Assembly (NCBI GenBank): GCA_041178085.1
Contig: JBEGVZ010000130.1
Span: forward strand, 1 to 27,767
DNA length: 27,767 bases
From: Pseudomonadota bacterium
Lineage (GTDB): Bacteria; Bdellovibrionota_B; Oligoflexia; Oligoflexales; RGVZ01
Reading direction: 5' to 3'
In this document: positions 7,526 to 16,289 of the stretch, one piece after another
Position numbering within the stretch: position 1 is the first letter of the stretch
How the letters are laid out: each line of letters begins with the position of its first letter
Translations under genes and position numbers: made by a program
Notes under the pieces: model-generated
Database searches by the model: none
The model's input: only the letters and a program-made list of their open reading frames with translations
Told to the model about the DNA's origin: nothing

Positions 7526-10500
7526 TCAAGGAATCAGTCGCAGCAATCCGACGCTGATTGAATTCCAGCTCGTCCAGACTGGATCGACGTTTGCACCAAC
7601 CACGATTCTTCCGTCGCTTTGTAAACTGATCCCAAAGGCGGATTGGTTGGCACCTGCGGGGCAGTATTCGAAACAGGGAGCGGCGATGCCACTAGCGCCA
7701 AATCCGTTGTCCAGCGTACCGTTGCTGTTGAGCCTGATTATCCGAAGTGTCTCCCTGTAGTTGCCGTTTGCAGCGGACATTGCACTGACGACTAGGCGCC
7801 CGTCCGGCTGCGCTGCGATGCCCTTGGCCAAAGCGTAAGCGTCCCCATCGATATCAACGATCAACTTGCCATCGGAATCGAAGTTGGTGTCGGCCGATCC
7901 GTCGGGATTCAGCACCGCAATCGCAATGCCACCGGAATCCTCGTAGCCGGCAAGAGCAATTTTGCCATCTGGTAGAAGTGTTGCCGCAAGAATTTTGTCT
8001 TCCCGGGTTCCCGACCCGCCAAAAGACAGTAGCACTTTGCCATCCACGTCGAAGCTGGTGTCGAGGGTTCCGTCAGGCAAGAGGCGCATCACTGCAAACT
8101 GCGTCAAGCCGTTTGATTCGCTGGAACCGGCCAGGATGATTTTCTGATCCTCCTGGATCAGCAGCGCTTCAATCAAGTCTCTGGCACCGGAAGTCATTTC
8201 GGCTACGACAAGGCCGTTCGTTCCGAACGTCGTGTCAAGAGTGCCGTCGCTCAGGTATCTGGCGACGACAAAGTCGTCGCTGGAATTGGTCGTTGTTCCC
8301 GCAGCGACGATTTTTCCCCCATTCTGGACCCCGATGGCAAAGATACTCGAAGCCATGCTCCCCACGTCAGTGATTAGCTTGCCATCGGAATCAAAGGTTG
8401 TGTCCAACGTGCCATCTGGCAGGTAGCGCGCCAGTGCAAACTCATTGGATGCCTGACCCCCGGCGACAATCTTGCCGTCCGATTGCACGGTAAGGACATA
8501 CGCCCTGGAGTTGGCGGGAAAAGTCGGTGCCGACGCCCAGTTTGTCAGTTGTGAACCGTCCGCTTGAAAGCGAAACAGCGAAAAGGACGGTGTTCCGTCG
8601 GCACCTGTTTTTCCGGCAACAACGATGCTGTCGTCAGAAAGCGTGATCATTGCGTTTCCACCAGTTGTTTGAGAATAGTCTGTGGTGGTCCAGCCTGTTT
8701 TGTAGAGAATTCCGTTCGGGTTGTAGGTGGTATCGACACCTCCGTCCTTGGTAAGCTTTATCGTGCAGAACGTATTGGCGCCAAACACTTGGATGCTGCC
8801 AGACAGGATGGCAGACCCCGTTGAGGCGTCGTAAGCAATCGAGCGAATGGTATCCATGAGGTACCCTTCGCCGACTCCTGCGAACCAGAGCCCGTTCGTC
8901 GCAAATGTTTGATCCGTCGTGCCGGACGTCGTGAAACGCGCGACACTCCAACGGGCGGTACCGCCACCGGCTACGATGATTTTTCCGTCTGGCTGCGCGA
9001 AGATCTCGCTTCGGTCGTTGTCTGTGAGTTTTCCGGCGAAGGCGACGCCATTGTTCCCGTACGCCGTGTCGAGTGAACCTGTTGGGGAAAATCGAAATAC
9101 ACGCAACGCTTGTGCAGGCGACGTATAGATATTGCCATCGACTCCGATGGTGACAGCAGCGAATTGATTTACGTTTGATGGAAAACTTGAAAGAGACGGG
9201 TGATCAGCGTGACCCGCTGAACCAAAGCTGCTATCAAGCGTGCCATCAGCATTCACCATCGTCAGGGTGGGAGTGTAGTTGGTTCCACCATCTGAGTAAA
9301 AGCCTGCAGCAAGGTATTTGCCCGACGCAGTGAGAGTAAAAGCATTGTAGGTCAGGCCCGAGGTTCCTCCCCGCGTAATGGTGACCACACCCGCTGTGCC
9401 AAACGTGTTGTCCGGCGTGCCGTCCGCCATGATACGGAACATCATCAGCTTGAGCGATGAACATAGGACAGTTGTTTTCAGATCACTGTGCACGACCATT
9501 TCAGTTTTGCCGCCACAGGAGCTTCCTCCGCGGGGCATGGTGTAGCTGCCGGAAGTTGCGAATGCTGTATCGAGCACGCCGTTCGCCAGAAAACGATACA
9601 GCAGAACATCTCCATTATCTTTCAGTCCGAGGGCGAGGATTTTTCCGTCCGGAAGGATCTTGACGTCTCTGAACGAGCCATCCAGTGCAGCGTCTGCGAT
9701 GCCTTCGGTTCCGAATGACGTGTCAACGCTGCTATCCGGGTGATAGCGCACCATTGCCATCCGGGTATTGTTCCATGCGGTTCGCCATGCAACGCCGGCA
9801 ACAATGAGTTTTCCGTCCGACTGCAATGCCGATGCGTATGCGGTGCTATTGCTGTTCGTCGTGCTGATGGTGTTGTTCCCAAATGGCGTTGAAGTGGTTG
9901 CATGACGTCCGAATAAATAATTTTCAATTGCGCCGGGAACACCAACGATCACTGGTTTTTCCTGGGACAGTGGACTCTGGGTGTAGTTATCCCTGGCTAC
10001 CACGGCATAGAATTGTCGTTTCCCATTGGTTTGGTCACCGTGGACGTAAGGTGAAGTGACATTCTGGATCAAAGGGTCGGAAAGGGTCACACCGGCGCTG
10101 GAACGGACATACAGGTCGTACGCGGTTGCCCCCGTGACTGTGCTCCAACTGATAGTGGCAGTGTTGTCTGAAGGGGTCGCAGTAAGGTTTAGGGGGGCGG
10201 CCAGAGAAAGGACTTTGGTCCAGGTCCCCATGGTTGCATTGTCCGGGGATTGCCAGATACCTCCGGCATTTTTCGCGATCACGCATAGCCGAATCTCGCC
10301 TACCGCAAAGCCGGCCGTATCCACAGAAATCGGGGTATCGCTGTTAGCTTCCTCACTGTAACCATCCAGAGTTCCGCAGTCGGTGGATGCCGTGGGGCCA
10401 TACTTGAACCGGTATCCAACGATATTGTCCCCGGATACATGGATTGAGAATTGGTTACTGGTGGTATTGCCAGTCGGGATATCGGTCAGGCGATTGATCG

Positions 10501-10642
10501 TTGCTGCAGGGTGCTCCGGTCCGTAAGCCAATATTGGTTTAAGTTTCGCATGGCAGCCAGAAAGGCCAGCAACGCATGCCAATCCAAAAAAGCATGCCCC
10601 GGCGAAAGCGTGGTGCCTTGAATTTCGCTTCCTGAAAATCAT
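7526..10642 (-). CDS. Large lipoprotein: Ig-like domain + FN3 domain + about 14 delta-60 (DUF5122-like) beta-propeller repeats
   Basis: Lipobox LSGC (Cys30); FN3 signature APLNLTATP...ISWSTVTGATAYDLY...FYAVVA; repeated (L/Q)xDGKIxxAG...RxxxDGTLDTTF units, 13 with the loop motif plus a final blade. Confidence 0.88.
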   Translation of the reverse strand: MIFRKRNSRHHAFAGACFFGLACVAGLSGCHAKLKPILAYGPEHPAATINRLTDIPTGNTTSNQFSIHVSGDNIVGYRFKYGPTASTDCGTLDGYSEEANSDTPISVDTAGFAVGEIRLCVIAKNAGGIWQSPDNATMGTWTKVLSLAAPLNLTATPSDNTATISWSTVTGATAYDLYVRSSAGVTLSDPLIQNVTSPYVHGDQTNGKRQFYAVVARDNYTQSPLSQEKPVIVGVPGAIENYLFGRHATTSTPFGNNTISTTNSNSTAYASALQSDGKLIVAGVAWRTAWNNTRMAMVRYHPDSSVDTSFGTEGIADAALDGSFRDVKILPDGKILALGLKDNGDVLLYRFLANGVLDTAFATSGSYTMPRGGSSCGGKTEMVVHSDLKTTVLCSSLKLMMFRIMADGTPDNTFGTAGVVTITRGGTSGLTYNAFTLTASGKYLAAGFYSDGGTNYTPTLTMVNADGTLDSSFGSAGHADHPSLSSFPSNVNQFAAVTIGVDGNIYTSPAQALRVFRFSPTGSLDTAYGNNGVAFAGKLTDNDRSEIFAQPDGKIIVAGGGTARWSVARFTTSGTTDQTFATNGLWFAGVGEGYLMDTIRSIAYDASTGSAILSGSIQVFGANTFCTIKLTKDGGVDTTYNPNGILYKTGWTTTDYSQTTGGNAMITLSDDSIVVAGKTGADGTPSFSLFRFQADGSQLTNWASAPTFPANSRAYVLTVQSDGKIVAGGQASNEFALARYLPDGTLDTTFDSDGKLITDVGSMASSIFAIGVQNGGKIVAAGTTTNSSDDFVVARYLSDGTLDTTFGTNGLVVAEMTSGARDLIEALLIQEDQKIILAGSSESNGLTQFAVMRLLPDGTLDTSFDVDGKVLLSFGGSGTREDKILAATLLPDGKIALAGYEDSGGIAIAVLNPDGSADTNFDSDGKLIVDIDGDAYALAKGIAAQPDGRLVVSAMSAANGNYRETLRIIRLNSNGTLDNGFGASGIAAPCFEYCPAGANQSAFGISLQSDGRIVVGANVDPVWTSWNSISVGLLRLIP

Positions 10643-10649
10643 AAGTGGT

Positions 10650-10677
10650 TGATCGGCAAAGATTAGTTCCCGATTTA
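10650..10677 (-). promoter_or_regulatory. Sigma28-type promoter directly upstream of the start codon
   Basis: TAAA (10677-10674)-N16-GCCGATCA (10657-10650), then 7 nt to ATG 10642, with no Shine-Dalgarno. Confidence 0.55.
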
Positions 10678-10919
10678 CCCCTGATTTCTTGGACCCCCTA
10701 AATACAGAATAAGCATTTGATTTAATTGAGTAATTCTTGTTTTTGCGTCAGCCTTTAGCCGGTTGCCCATCCGACAGTCCTTCTTTGACGCGTCGGGCGA
10801 CGGTCGGCCAGCTGATTTGCCGCTGTTTAGCACATTGATTCTACTGGCGTTTGGGGGGGGCTGGAGTATAACGGGGTCTCGTTTTTTTTAAGTCATCAAC
10901 CAATGGATGGTGGTTTTTC

Positions 10920-11885
10920 ATGGGTCCTTTATCGCAATTCGTCGAGCATCATTACCGTCACTTCAACGCCGCTGCGCTGCGTGATGCGGCCCGGGCCTAC
11001 AAGGCGCACATTGCCTCGGGGCAAAAGATGATGGTGACGCTCGCAGGGGCCATGAGCACGGCTGAGCTCGGCCTGAGCCTTGCCGAAATGATCCGCCAGG
11101 GCAAGGTCCACGCGATTTCTTGCACGGGCGCCAACCTGGAAGAAGACATTTACAACCTGATTGCCCACGAATTCTACGAGCGGGTTCCCAACTACCGCAA
11201 CCTGAGTGACGAGGCCGAGCAAGCCCTGCTTGAGCGACACTTGAACCGTGTGACGGACACCTGTATCCCGGAAGGGGAGGCCATTCGCCGCCTGGAAGGC
11301 GCCATCATGCAAGTGTGGCAAGAGGCCTCTGACAAGGGTGAAAGCTACTTCCCGCACGAATACATGTACCAGATCATCCGCAAGGGTCTTCTGAAGCAGT
11401 ACTATCAGATCGACCCGCGTAACTCCTGGCTGGTCGCTGCATGTGAGAAAAACCTGCCAATCATCGTTCCGGGCTGGGAAGATTCGACCACTGGCAACAT
11501 CTTTGCCGGTCGCGTGATGGAAGGAAAAATCAAACGTTCCGCCCTGAAGAGCGGAATCGACTACATGATTTACCTTTGTGACTACTACATCAACAATTGT
11601 GGAAACACCGGCATCGGCTTTTTCCAGATCGGTGGCGGTATCGCCGGCGACTTCCCGATTTGTGTTGTGCCGATGATCGAGCAGGACATGGAGAAGGACG
11701 TTCCCAAGTGGAGCTACTTCTGCCAGATCAGCGACTCGACCACCAGCTACGGCAGCTACTCTGGCGCTGTCCCCAATGAAAAGATCACTTGGGGCAAGCT
11801 GGACGTCAAAACGCCGCGTTTTATCGTCGAATCTGATGCGTCAATCGTGGCGCCGTTGATGTTTGCTTACATCCTGGACTGGTAA
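10920..11885 (+). CDS. Deoxyhypusine synthase-like family protein
   Basis: TLAGAM, TGANLEED, NRVTD, IGGG, QISD and GSYSGAVPNEKITWGK with the catalytic Lys in WGK, then SDASIVAPL. Confidence 0.92.
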   Translation: MGPLSQFVEHHYRHFNAAALRDAARAYKAHIASGQKMMVTLAGAMSTAELGLSLAEMIRQGKVHAISCTGANLEEDIYNLIAHEFYERVPNYRNLSDEAEQALLERHLNRVTDTCIPEGEAIRRLEGAIMQVWQEASDKGESYFPHEYMYQIIRKGLLKQYYQIDPRNSWLVAACEKNLPIIVPGWEDSTTGNIFAGRVMEGKIKRSALKSGIDYMIYLCDYYINNCGNTGIGFFQIGGGIAGDFPICVVPMIEQDMEKDVPKWSYFCQISDSTTSYGSYSGAVPNEKITWGKLDVKTPRFIVESDASIVAPLMFAYILDW

Positions 11886-11908
11886 CGGTAGCGGCAGCAT
11901 TTCGGTCG

Positions 11909-11937
11909 TTGACTAAAGTCATGGCTGGGCTCATCAT
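11909..11937 (+). promoter_or_regulatory. Sigma70-like promoter of guaBA
   Basis: TTGACT-N17-CATCAT, 45 nt upstream of the guaB ATG. Confidence 0.5.
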
Positions 11938-11982
11938 GTTGCAAACCGGGGTTCACGCCCCCCCCGCTTGCGGGAGCCGGCC

Positions 11983-13476
11983 ATGAAATTCAGGATGGAT
12001 TCTGGCGACTCAATCTTCGCCATGGAAGACGAGGGACTGACGTACGATGACGTGCTGCTGCTGCCGCAGCACAGCCGCGTACTGCCGCACGAAGTGTCCC
12101 TTACTTCAAAATTTTCGCGCAATATTTCACTCAATTTACCGCTGCTTTCAGCCGCCATGGATACGGTCACGGAAAGTGCAACGGCGATCGCAATGGCGCA
12201 CGCAGGCGGGTTGGGAATCATTCATAAGAACCTGAGTGTAGAAGAACAATCCCGTGAAGTCCGGCGCGTGAAGAAGAGCGAAGCCGGGATGGTGATCGAC
12301 CCGGTCACGGTCGAGCCGACAGACACGGTCGGGGACGTGATCGCCGTGATGAGGCGCTTCAATATTTCTGGTCTTCCCGTGGTGGATGGCGGCGGACTCG
12401 CCGGCATCGTCACCGGCCGTGACATCCGCTTTGAAAAGAATCTGAAGCGCCCGGTCAAGGAAGTGATGACGGGCAAGGTGGTGACAGCCCCCAAGGGAAC
12501 TACCCCGGAACAGGCTGTCGAGATCCTTCATCAGCATCGTATCGAGAAACTGCCGGTCGTCGAAGGCAGGACCCTGGTCGGCATGTATACTATCAAGGAC
12601 ATTCAGAAAGCCCGTCGTCACCCGCACGCGGCAAAGGATAGTTCGGGGCGTCTTCTTGTCGGTGCAGCGGTGGGTGCTGGCGGCGACTTCCGTGAACGGA
12701 CGGCGGAACTTCTTGACGCCGGATGCGACGTGATCATCGTCGACACGGCCCACGGGCATTCCCAGGGGGTCATTGATGCGGTGCGCCAGATTCGCCATGA
12801 TTTCCGAAAGCATGACTTTGAACTTGTGGCAGGCAACGTTGCCACACCGGATGCTACCATCGCCCTGATTGAAGCCGGCGTGGACGCCGTCAAAGTCGGG
12901 ATCGGCCCGGGAAGTATTTGCACGACCCGTGTGATCGCAGGAATTGGCGTTCCCCAGTTCACGGCAGTGTTGCTATGCGCCCGCGCGGCCCGGGAGCGTG
13001 GAGTGCCGGTCATCGCCGATGGCGGTGTGAAGTTTAGCGGCGACCTGGTCAAGGCGCTGGCTGCCGGTGCATCCTCGGTCATGGTGGGCAGCCTGCTTGC
13101 CGGGACGGATGAGGCGCCAGGCGAAATGGTCCTGTTCCAGGGCAAGAGCTACAAAGTTTACCGTGGTATGGGCAGTGTTGGCGCTATGAGCCGTGGCAGC
13201 AAGGACCGCTACTTTCAGTCCGATGTCGAAGAGTCAGGCAAGCTTGTGCCGGAAGGGGTCGAAGGTCGTGTGGCTTACAAGGGTCCCCTCGCTGGCACGT
13301 TGTTCCAGTTGCAAGGCGGTGTCCGCTCTGGAATGGGCTATGTCGGTGCGGCCACCATCGAAGATTTGCAGGCGCGTGCCAAATTCATCCGGATCAGCTC
13401 TGCAGCCTTCCGTGAAAGCCATGTGCACGACGTCTATATTGAACGTGAGGCACCCAATTATCGCACGGAGACATGA
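11983..13476 (+). CDS. guaB: IMP dehydrogenase
   Basis: [20 protein letters not shown] pair, DTAHGHS, catalytic [31 protein letters not shown] before ATG 11983. Confidence 0.98.
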   Translation: MKFRMDSGDSIFAMEDEGLTYDDVLLLPQHSRVLPHEVSLTSKFSRNISLNLPLLSAAMDTVTESATAIAMAHAGGLGIIHKNLSVEEQSREVRRVKKSEAGMVIDPVTVEPTDTVGDVIAVMRRFNISGLPVVDGGGLAGIVTGRDIRFEKNLKRPVKEVMTGKVVTAPKGTTPEQAVEILHQHRIEKLPVVEGRTLVGMYTIKDIQKARRHPHAAKDSSGRLLVGAAVGAGGDFRERTAELLDAGCDVIIVDTAHGHSQGVIDAVRQIRHDFRKHDFELVAGNVATPDATIALIEAGVDAVKVGIGPGSICTTRVIAGIGVPQFTAVLLCARAARERGVPVIADGGVKFSGDLVKALAAGASSVMVGSLLAGTDEAPGEMVLFQGKSYKVYRGMGSVGAMSRGSKDRYFQSDVEESGKLVPEGVEGRVAYKGPLAGTLFQLQGGVRSGMGYVGAATIEDLQARAKFIRISSAAFRESHVHDVYIEREAPNYRTET

Positions 13477-13482
13477 ATCCCG

Positions 13483-15102
13483 GTGACACACAATCCGCAG
13501 GCAAAACACGGCATCCTGGTTCTTGATTACGGTTCCCAGTACACCCTGCTAATTGCGCGCCGCCTGCGGGAGATGGGTGTTTACGCTGAGGTCCATGACC
13601 CGGCCCGCCTGATGCACGAAACCCTGGATATGACCCACCTTTCGTTCAAACCGGCTGGAATCATCCTTTCGGGTGGACCAGACAGTGTTGGTGATGAAGG
13701 GGCGCGCACGATGCCGCGCTGGGTGACGCCAGCCGGTGTGCCGGTTCTTGGCATCTGTTATGGACTGCAGCTCCTTGCCCACGTCCATGGTGGGCGCGTG
13801 CGCTCCGCCGCCAAACGCGAATACGGCAAGGCGCGCATGCGCGTTGCGCAGGGCGCCGCCAATCATCCCTTGATGCAAGGCGTTCCCGTGGGAACTGCAG
13901 GGTCCATCGTCTGGATGTCCCATGGGGACGATGTTGAAAAACTGCCCGAGGGTTGGTCCCAGATTGCCCTGACCGAGGGGGGAGTACTCGCCGCTGCAAG
14001 TCACTCGTCGCGTCCCTGGTTCGGCCTCCAGTTCCACCCAGAGGTGGAACATACGGAGTCTGGCCGGATCCTGCTGGAAAACTTTGCCATCAACATTTGC
14101 GGGGCAAAGCAGGATTGGACTGCAAGCACGATGGTCGAAGAAGCCGTGGACCTTGTGCGCGAGCAGGTCGGCCCCGGGGGGCGGGTTCTGGTGGCTTGCT
14201 CAGGGGGAGTCGATTCCACGGTGCTGGCTGCAGTTGTCGAAAAGGCTTTGGGTCCTGATCGCGTCACTGCCGTATTCTGCGACACGGGCCTGATGCGCAA
14301 GGACGAAGTCGAATGGGTCAGCGCAGCTCTGCGTGGCATGGGATTGCGAGACGTTCGCGTGATTCACGCGAGTGACAAATTCATGGCTTCCCTGGCGGGC
14401 GTCATTGATCCCGAGGATAAACGGAAGCGCATCGGTCGACTTTTTGTCGAGCAGTTCGAGGCGTTTGCTTCTGACGACCGCAAGCATGCAGCGAGTCTGG
14501 GATTGCCCGCATTCTCGCACTTGGGGCAGGGGACCCTTTACCCGGATGTCATTGAGTCTGCCGGGCACGGTGCTGGCTCCAAGGTGATCAAGACCCATCA
14601 CAACGTCGGCGGTCTTCCTGACCGACTGGCCCTGAAGCTGTGTGAACCATTCCGTTTCTTGTTCAAGGACGAAGTTCGGGCCATTGGTCGTGCCCTGGGG
14701 CTTGCTTCGGAACTGGTGGACCGGCATCCGTTCCCTGGACCGGGACTCGCCGTTCGTATTCCAGGCGAGGTGACTGCCGCCAAGGTTCGGGCCCTGCAAG
14801 AAGCGGACGCCATTTTCATCAATGCTTTGCGTGAAACCGGCCTTTACGCCAAGGTCTGGCAAGCGTTTGCCGTGCTTTTACCCGTACAGTCCGTTGGTGT
14901 GATGGGAGATAACCGGACCTACGAATCGGTGCTCGCCCTGCGCGCGGTCACTTCAGTGGATGGCATGACTGCAGACGTCGGGGAATTACCGATGGAATTT
15001 TTGACCAATGTTTCCCGCGAAATTGTTCAGAAAGTTCGTGGTATCAACCGGGTTGTTTACGACATCACAAGCAAGCCGCCCGCGACGATCGAGTGGGAAT
15101 AA
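13483..15102 (+). CDS. guaA: GMP synthase (glutamine-hydrolysing)
   Basis: LDYGSQYT, GICYGLQ, QFHPEV, SGGVDS, IKTHHNVGG, HPFPGPGLA and C-terminal KPPATIEWE; GTG start 6 nt after guaB. Confidence 0.98.
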   Translation: MTHNPQAKHGILVLDYGSQYTLLIARRLREMGVYAEVHDPARLMHETLDMTHLSFKPAGIILSGGPDSVGDEGARTMPRWVTPAGVPVLGICYGLQLLAHVHGGRVRSAAKREYGKARMRVAQGAANHPLMQGVPVGTAGSIVWMSHGDDVEKLPEGWSQIALTEGGVLAAASHSSRPWFGLQFHPEVEHTESGRILLENFAINICGAKQDWTASTMVEEAVDLVREQVGPGGRVLVACSGGVDSTVLAAVVEKALGPDRVTAVFCDTGLMRKDEVEWVSAALRGMGLRDVRVIHASDKFMASLAGVIDPEDKRKRIGRLFVEQFEAFASDDRKHAASLGLPAFSHLGQGTLYPDVIESAGHGAGSKVIKTHHNVGGLPDRLALKLCEPFRFLFKDEVRAIGRALGLASELVDRHPFPGPGLAVRIPGEVTAAKVRALQEADAIFINALRETGLYAKVWQAFAVLLPVQSVGVMGDNRTYESVLALRAVTSVDGMTADVGELPMEFLTNVSREIVQKVRGINRVVYDITSKPPATIEWE

Positions 15103-15117
15103 AACCCTGGTCGCGTT

Positions 15118-15552
15118 TCACTGGCATCGCCAACTTGCCGTTGCCTTGTAGGCTCGCTTGCCCAGCTGCGGGACATAAAACCGGCTGTCGATGCGATTGA
15201 TCACTTCTTGAAAACAGAAAATACCGCCAAATCCCGAGATTTGCCCGGTGCCCCAATGTTTGTCCTCAACGCGAGCCAGCTGGACTGCGGGCACCATGCA
15301 CAGGAGAGAACCTGCAGCTGCCGGCACGAGCAAGTAAGCGGTGCCATCGATCGCGTAACCAGCGCCGGTCAGCAAATAAGATGCGGCTGTTGAGAGGGCG
15401 CCTTCAATGGATTTCAATCCTTGCACCACAGGATGATTTTCTTCGGTGCGAGGACATTCGTAAGGCGACGGACTGTCTGACTTGGCGGCTGCGGGATTAG
15501 TCGTGCTCCCAAAAACAAGGATGAAAATGGCGCTGAGATAAAAATTCCGCAT
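15118..15552 (-). CDS. Hypothetical exported or membrane protein
   Basis: Signal peptide (MRNFYLSAIFILVFG...AAA), a central Gly/Ala-rich hydrophobic region and 4 Cys; AAGGGG RBS. Confidence 0.7.
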   Translation of the reverse strand: MRNFYLSAIFILVFGSTTNPAAAKSDSPSPYECPRTEENHPVVQGLKSIEGALSTAASYLLTGAGYAIDGTAYLLVPAAAGSLLCMVPAVQLARVEDKHWGTGQISGFGGIFCFQEVINRIDSRFYVPQLGKRAYKATASWRCQ

Positions 15553-15609
15553 AACATCCCCCTTTTTCTCTCAATAACGATTCGTCGAAATGGAGATGTT
15601 TCTTGAGGG

Positions 15610-15636
15610 AAAAAATTCGCGCGAATATGGGCGAAT
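15610..15636 (-). terminator. Possible weak terminator or operator
   Basis: Minus strand ATTCGC-N10-GCGAAT followed by a T run; it contains the perfect palindrome ATTCGCGCGAAT (15615-15626). Confidence 0.3.
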
Positions 15637-15701
15637 GGGGAGGGCAAGTGTCCACAAAGACTGTCAAATTTGGGGTGACAAAACCTTGTTCCGGCGTGGG
15701 T

Positions 15702-16199
15702 TCACCTGGTTGCAGCCCAGGGATCGTAGGTGATCGTTTGTCCCTGCCAGGATACGTCGACCGTGAACTGGTGCTTGCCCGTGCCCATTCCAAAGGCGTC
15801 AGCATGACCAGTCATATTGAAAAACGGTTCCCCCGCCCAACTCTTGAGCGTGGACTCGTAGTCGGACCTGCTTTTGCCGAGTTCGATGTTAGTCAACGTG
15901 CTGTCGAGTCGGCCTGTTTTGTAATTGTTAGCATCCCCAAAAATGGAAGCACCCTTGGCGATGGGTACGTTGTCAATTCTGACAGCCTTAATTTCTGCAT
16001 CTTCGACGCGGGTCCAGAGAATGATGAAAAATGTCCGTGCACCATCCGCAGTGGTGGATTCTCCAAAGACGTGTCCTGCAACTCCCAGGGTTTGTTTGAT
16101 CGCAGCAGTTTCTTCCTCCCCACGCGAACAAGCGGCGGAAAAAATGGCGATGCCGGCCACAAGAAAAAGGCCAAGGTTTCTGAAAAGATTGCGTGCCAT
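15702..16199 (-). CDS. Hypothetical lipoprotein
   Basis: MARNLFRNLGLFLVAGIAIFSAAC lipoprotein signal; GGGGAG RBS before ATG 16199; beta-rich mature region. Confidence 0.78.
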   Translation of the reverse strand: MARNLFRNLGLFLVAGIAIFSAACSRGEEETAAIKQTLGVAGHVFGESTTADGARTFFIILWTRVEDAEIKAVRIDNVPIAKGASIFGDANNYKTGRLDSTLTNIELGKSRSDYESTLKSWAGEPFFNMTGHADAFGMGTGKHQFTVDVSWQGQTITYDPWAATR

Positions 16200-16229
16200 G
16201 ATTGCTCCCCGATGGCGGTGCATGGGAGG

Positions 16230-16256
16230 AGATCGGAGATTGCTTAGGGGGCTTGA
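16230..16256 (-). promoter_or_regulatory. Sigma28-like promoter
   Basis: TCAAG (16256-16252)-N14-TCCGATCT (16237-16230), 30 nt upstream of the lipoprotein ATG. Confidence 0.4.
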
Positions 16257-16289
16257 CCGGAAAATTTTAATTTCAAGGAAAACGGAATG

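Noticed and set aside
7526..9900. Repetitive DNA resembling an array or diversity-generating target
   Set aside because: The repeats are degenerate protein-level delta-60 blades. There are no identical nucleotide repeats with spacers and no reverse transcriptase or cas gene.
15579..15606. Fourth sigma28-like site, TCAAG-N15-GACGAATC
   Set aside because: The -10 has too many mismatches and the spacing is off by one, so it cannot be told from chance by eye.
15603..16247. 214-aa plus-strand ORF
   Set aside because: It is antisense to a lipoprotein gene that has a clear RBS and lipobox, and it has no recognisable features.
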